Assembly (NCBI GenBank): GCA_051453625.1
Contig: JBOZIK010000001.1
Span: forward strand, 24,039,364-24,062,666
Direction of reading: 5' to 3'
Length of the DNA stretch: 23,303 bases
DNA from: Welwitschia mirabilis
Lineage: Eukaryota
Positions within the stretch are counted from its first letter, which is position 1. Every line of letters begins with the position of its first letter. Positions 21,182 to 23,303 of this stretch are shown here, piece by piece. The notes under the pieces were generated by a model. It saw only the letters and a list, made by a program, of their open reading frames with translations, was not told the origin of the DNA and made no database searches. A program made the position numbers and the translations under genes.

Positions 21182-22170
21182 CTATTCTTCTTCATCTGAA
21201 CCTGGCAGGATCTCAAGGCCATAAGCAAACAAGTCAAAGACAATACGTCCCATCTTGCAATGGACTCTCTCTATTGTGTGTTTGGCTTGTAAGCCAACCT
21301 CTCTAGCTTGTTCTGCAATCTGTTTCACCTGTAGAATAGCCTTTATCAAGTCTTCATTTGTAACCGCACCAGGTTGTGAACTTGTGCTTTCCTCCATACA
21401 AGCTCTTTTTTGTGGCGGAGGAGAAGAGTTTCTGATTCTGCAGAAATATTCATTTTCTTCAGGGAGTACAATCCCAACGATCTAGGGATTTTCACCAATT
21501 CCTCATCTTTGTGCACTGCAAACTGATGATTCTCCAAAAGTGTTGTTATCAGACCTCCACGAGGTAGACTTGAATATCCAATGATAAAAAGTTGACTGAT
21601 ATAAACCATGATAAATTTGCACAGATTGATTCTAACTCCTGTACCAAGACAAAACAGAGTATAGGCACAAAGGGGACAACTTCATCCCTGTGTCCTAATT
21701 TTAAAACCAAATTATGTATAGAAATCTGAAATAAAACTCTATACAATGACTTGAGTTCATTTGTGGGCAAATTCGGTCGACATACGATGTCTCTTCCACA
21801 TAATTCGTGTGTAGGGTTTCAATAGACATAAATTCACGAATAGAGTTCAACCCATCATTCGGATAGCTAGTAATAAAAAAATTTTGCTCTAAATCTATTT
21901 CTACTTCTCTTCCAAACACTTTTGTTCTTATTTGCCAATCTTCAGAATGAAAAGTTCCATTGCAATAGAAAAGTCTTACCATTCTCATTGTTGCTTTTGT
22001 GTCTGCATCAAGAACATACTACCAACCTTGCTCTATAAACAAATGATCTATCTTGACTTCCCTTCTGAAAGACTCAAAATCAATTTTTCTCTCTAGTGCA
22101 ATTGGTCTTTGTGAGAATCGGCTGAGCCATGTCTTCTATGATATGGAGAGATGAATCATTCAGACTCAGA
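21182..22170 (-). pseudogene. Frameshifted env-like ORF of SIRE element
   Basis: Consecutive minus-strand fragments: RPIALERKIDFE / MVRLFYCN...KVFGREVEI / HNLVLKLGHRDEV / SLPRGGLITTLL / C-terminal coiled-coil-like DLIKAILQVKQIAEQAREV...SDEEE*. Lies between RNase H and the PPT region, as in Sireviruses. Confidence 0.7.
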
Positions 22171-22617
22171 GGTAGGTTCTATCCCTTTCCTGTAGGCCAA
22201 CTTCGATCTCACCATGGTAAAGAAGAGGAATGACACACAAGAGAGGTAAGAGGAGAAGAGTTAAAATGAAGATAAAGAATGGTGAAGGTTTTTTAAAGCG
22301 GACAAAATCAACAGCGTCCACGTTGCCAGTAGCCTGGACGTCCGAGTTATTGAGGCAGGACATCCAGGGTTTTAAAAAACCTAAATTTTTCCCACTCTGA
22401 ACTGTCGGACATCTAAGTAATTGTAGCAAGACACGAGGTTTTAATAAACCCGAATTTTTAAAAATTTAAACTATTAGATGTCCAAGAAATTTCAATGGGA
22501 CGTCTGGGTTCGAAGAAATCACTAATTTTGCCTAAAAAACCCAAATTTTAATAAAATTAACCACAATTTGGAAGATTGATGACAAAGGTAGGATCAAGAT
22601 AAAAGCAGTTGACAATT

Positions 22618-22947
22618 TTATTGATGATTGGGGCAAACCCCAATACCTAAATTCTTCCTAAGATTAATGAATCTTTCTTCAGATAGACTTTTTGTCATAA
22701 TGTCAGCAATCTGATTTTCAGTACTGATGTGTTCTAGGTTAATAATATAATTTTGAACTTGTTCTCCAATGAAGTGGTGTCTTATGTCGATATGTTCTGT
22801 TTGCGAATGTTGGACAAGATTTTTAGTGATGTTGATTGCACTGATGTTGTCACAATAGAGTTTGATGGTATCTAACTTGATCCCAAAGTCACTTAACATT
22901 TGCTTCATCCACAAAAGTTGAGCACCAAATGCTCCTGCAGCAATGTA
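22618..22947 (-). pseudogene. Copia pol C-terminus (RNase H)
   Basis: YIAAG...AQLLWMKQMLSDFG...LYCDNISAINITKNLVQHSQTEHIDIRHHFI...ISTENQIADIMTKSL...LRKNLGI, the canonical copia KHIDIRHHF and ADIFTK motifs. Confidence 0.95.
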
Positions 22948-23047
22948 NNNNNNNNNNNNNNNNNNNNNNNNNNNNNNNNNNNNNNNNNNNNNNNNNNNNN
23001 NNNNNNNNNNNNNNNNNNNNNNNNNNNNNNNNNNNNNNNNNNNNNNN
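22948..23047. other. Assembly gap (100 N)
   Basis: Run of N. Confidence 1.
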
Positions 23048-23303
23048 TTAATCTATTAGCCGAAAGACAAATGGAAAGGGCCGGCATAGGAGGTGTTGAA
23101 GAACATAGGACTGAAATGCCATGAGTCAGAAAGAGTACTATAGAAGGATTTGAGTGTTTCGTTTCTAAAACACAAGGTGGAAGCAGTACAGATAGCCATT
23201 TCCCCTCATCCCCTACTGTTGGTGGATCTATTCCTGGCTCTTCTCCTCCTACACAGGCAGTTCCTTCATGTGCATCATTAATGGCTTCAGAAAGCCATAG
23301 TTA

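Larger units (their letters stand above)
19950..22947 (-). mobile_element. Second Sirevirus-like copia element: RNase H, env-like ORF, multiple PPTs, 3' LTR (left boundary uncertain; right side cut by gap)
   Basis: Copia RNase H motifs, an extra ORF downstream of pol, PPT-like tracts at ~21011-21023, ~20697-20708 and 20620-20631, and an LTR with GGAC(G/A)TCC repeated motifs. Confidence 0.88.

Noticed and set aside
12465-22947. The two copia fragments as halves of one element enclosing RGP1 exons
   Set aside because: On minus the 3'-half fragment lies upstream of the 5'-half fragment, and the LTR starts differ (TGGATAAAAAAG vs TGTTGGTGAAG).
23048-23303. Coding-looking sequence after the last gap
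   Set aside because: Too short to identify; no match to the retrocopy-predicted RGP1 upstream exons or to copia RT.

Overview
AT-rich land-plant nuclear scaffold with three N gaps, not a prokaryotic locus. The only host gene is a minus-strand, intron-containing RGP1-family gene (Rgp1 subunit of the Ric1-Rgp1 GEF for Rab6/Ypt6). Seven exons can be resolved between 10560 and 18535, with canonical GT-AG boundaries wherever both ends are visible. Its 5' exons lie beyond the window and its 3' end falls in a 100-N gap. Directly across that gap, on the same strand, is an intronless, disabled retrocopy of the same gene (~9164-10459) joining those exons exactly. The rest is retroelement-derived: the 3' end of an L1-type LINE (1-1772), two adjacent degenerate copies of a long gypsy-like LTR (~1800-7037), and two Sirevirus (SIRE)-type copia elements inside RGP1 introns. 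The first SIRE carries a 157-bp plastid psbB fragment in gag and is preceded by two TRIM-like PBS-internal-PPT units. The second shows RNase H, an env-like ORF, multiple PPTs and a 3' LTR. I see no evidence for a new enzymatic or defence system. The most notable items are the parent/retrocopy juxtaposition (real, or a scaffolding artefact), the plastid insert in gag, and the triple-PBS array. All family assignments are from recalled motifs, not database searches.
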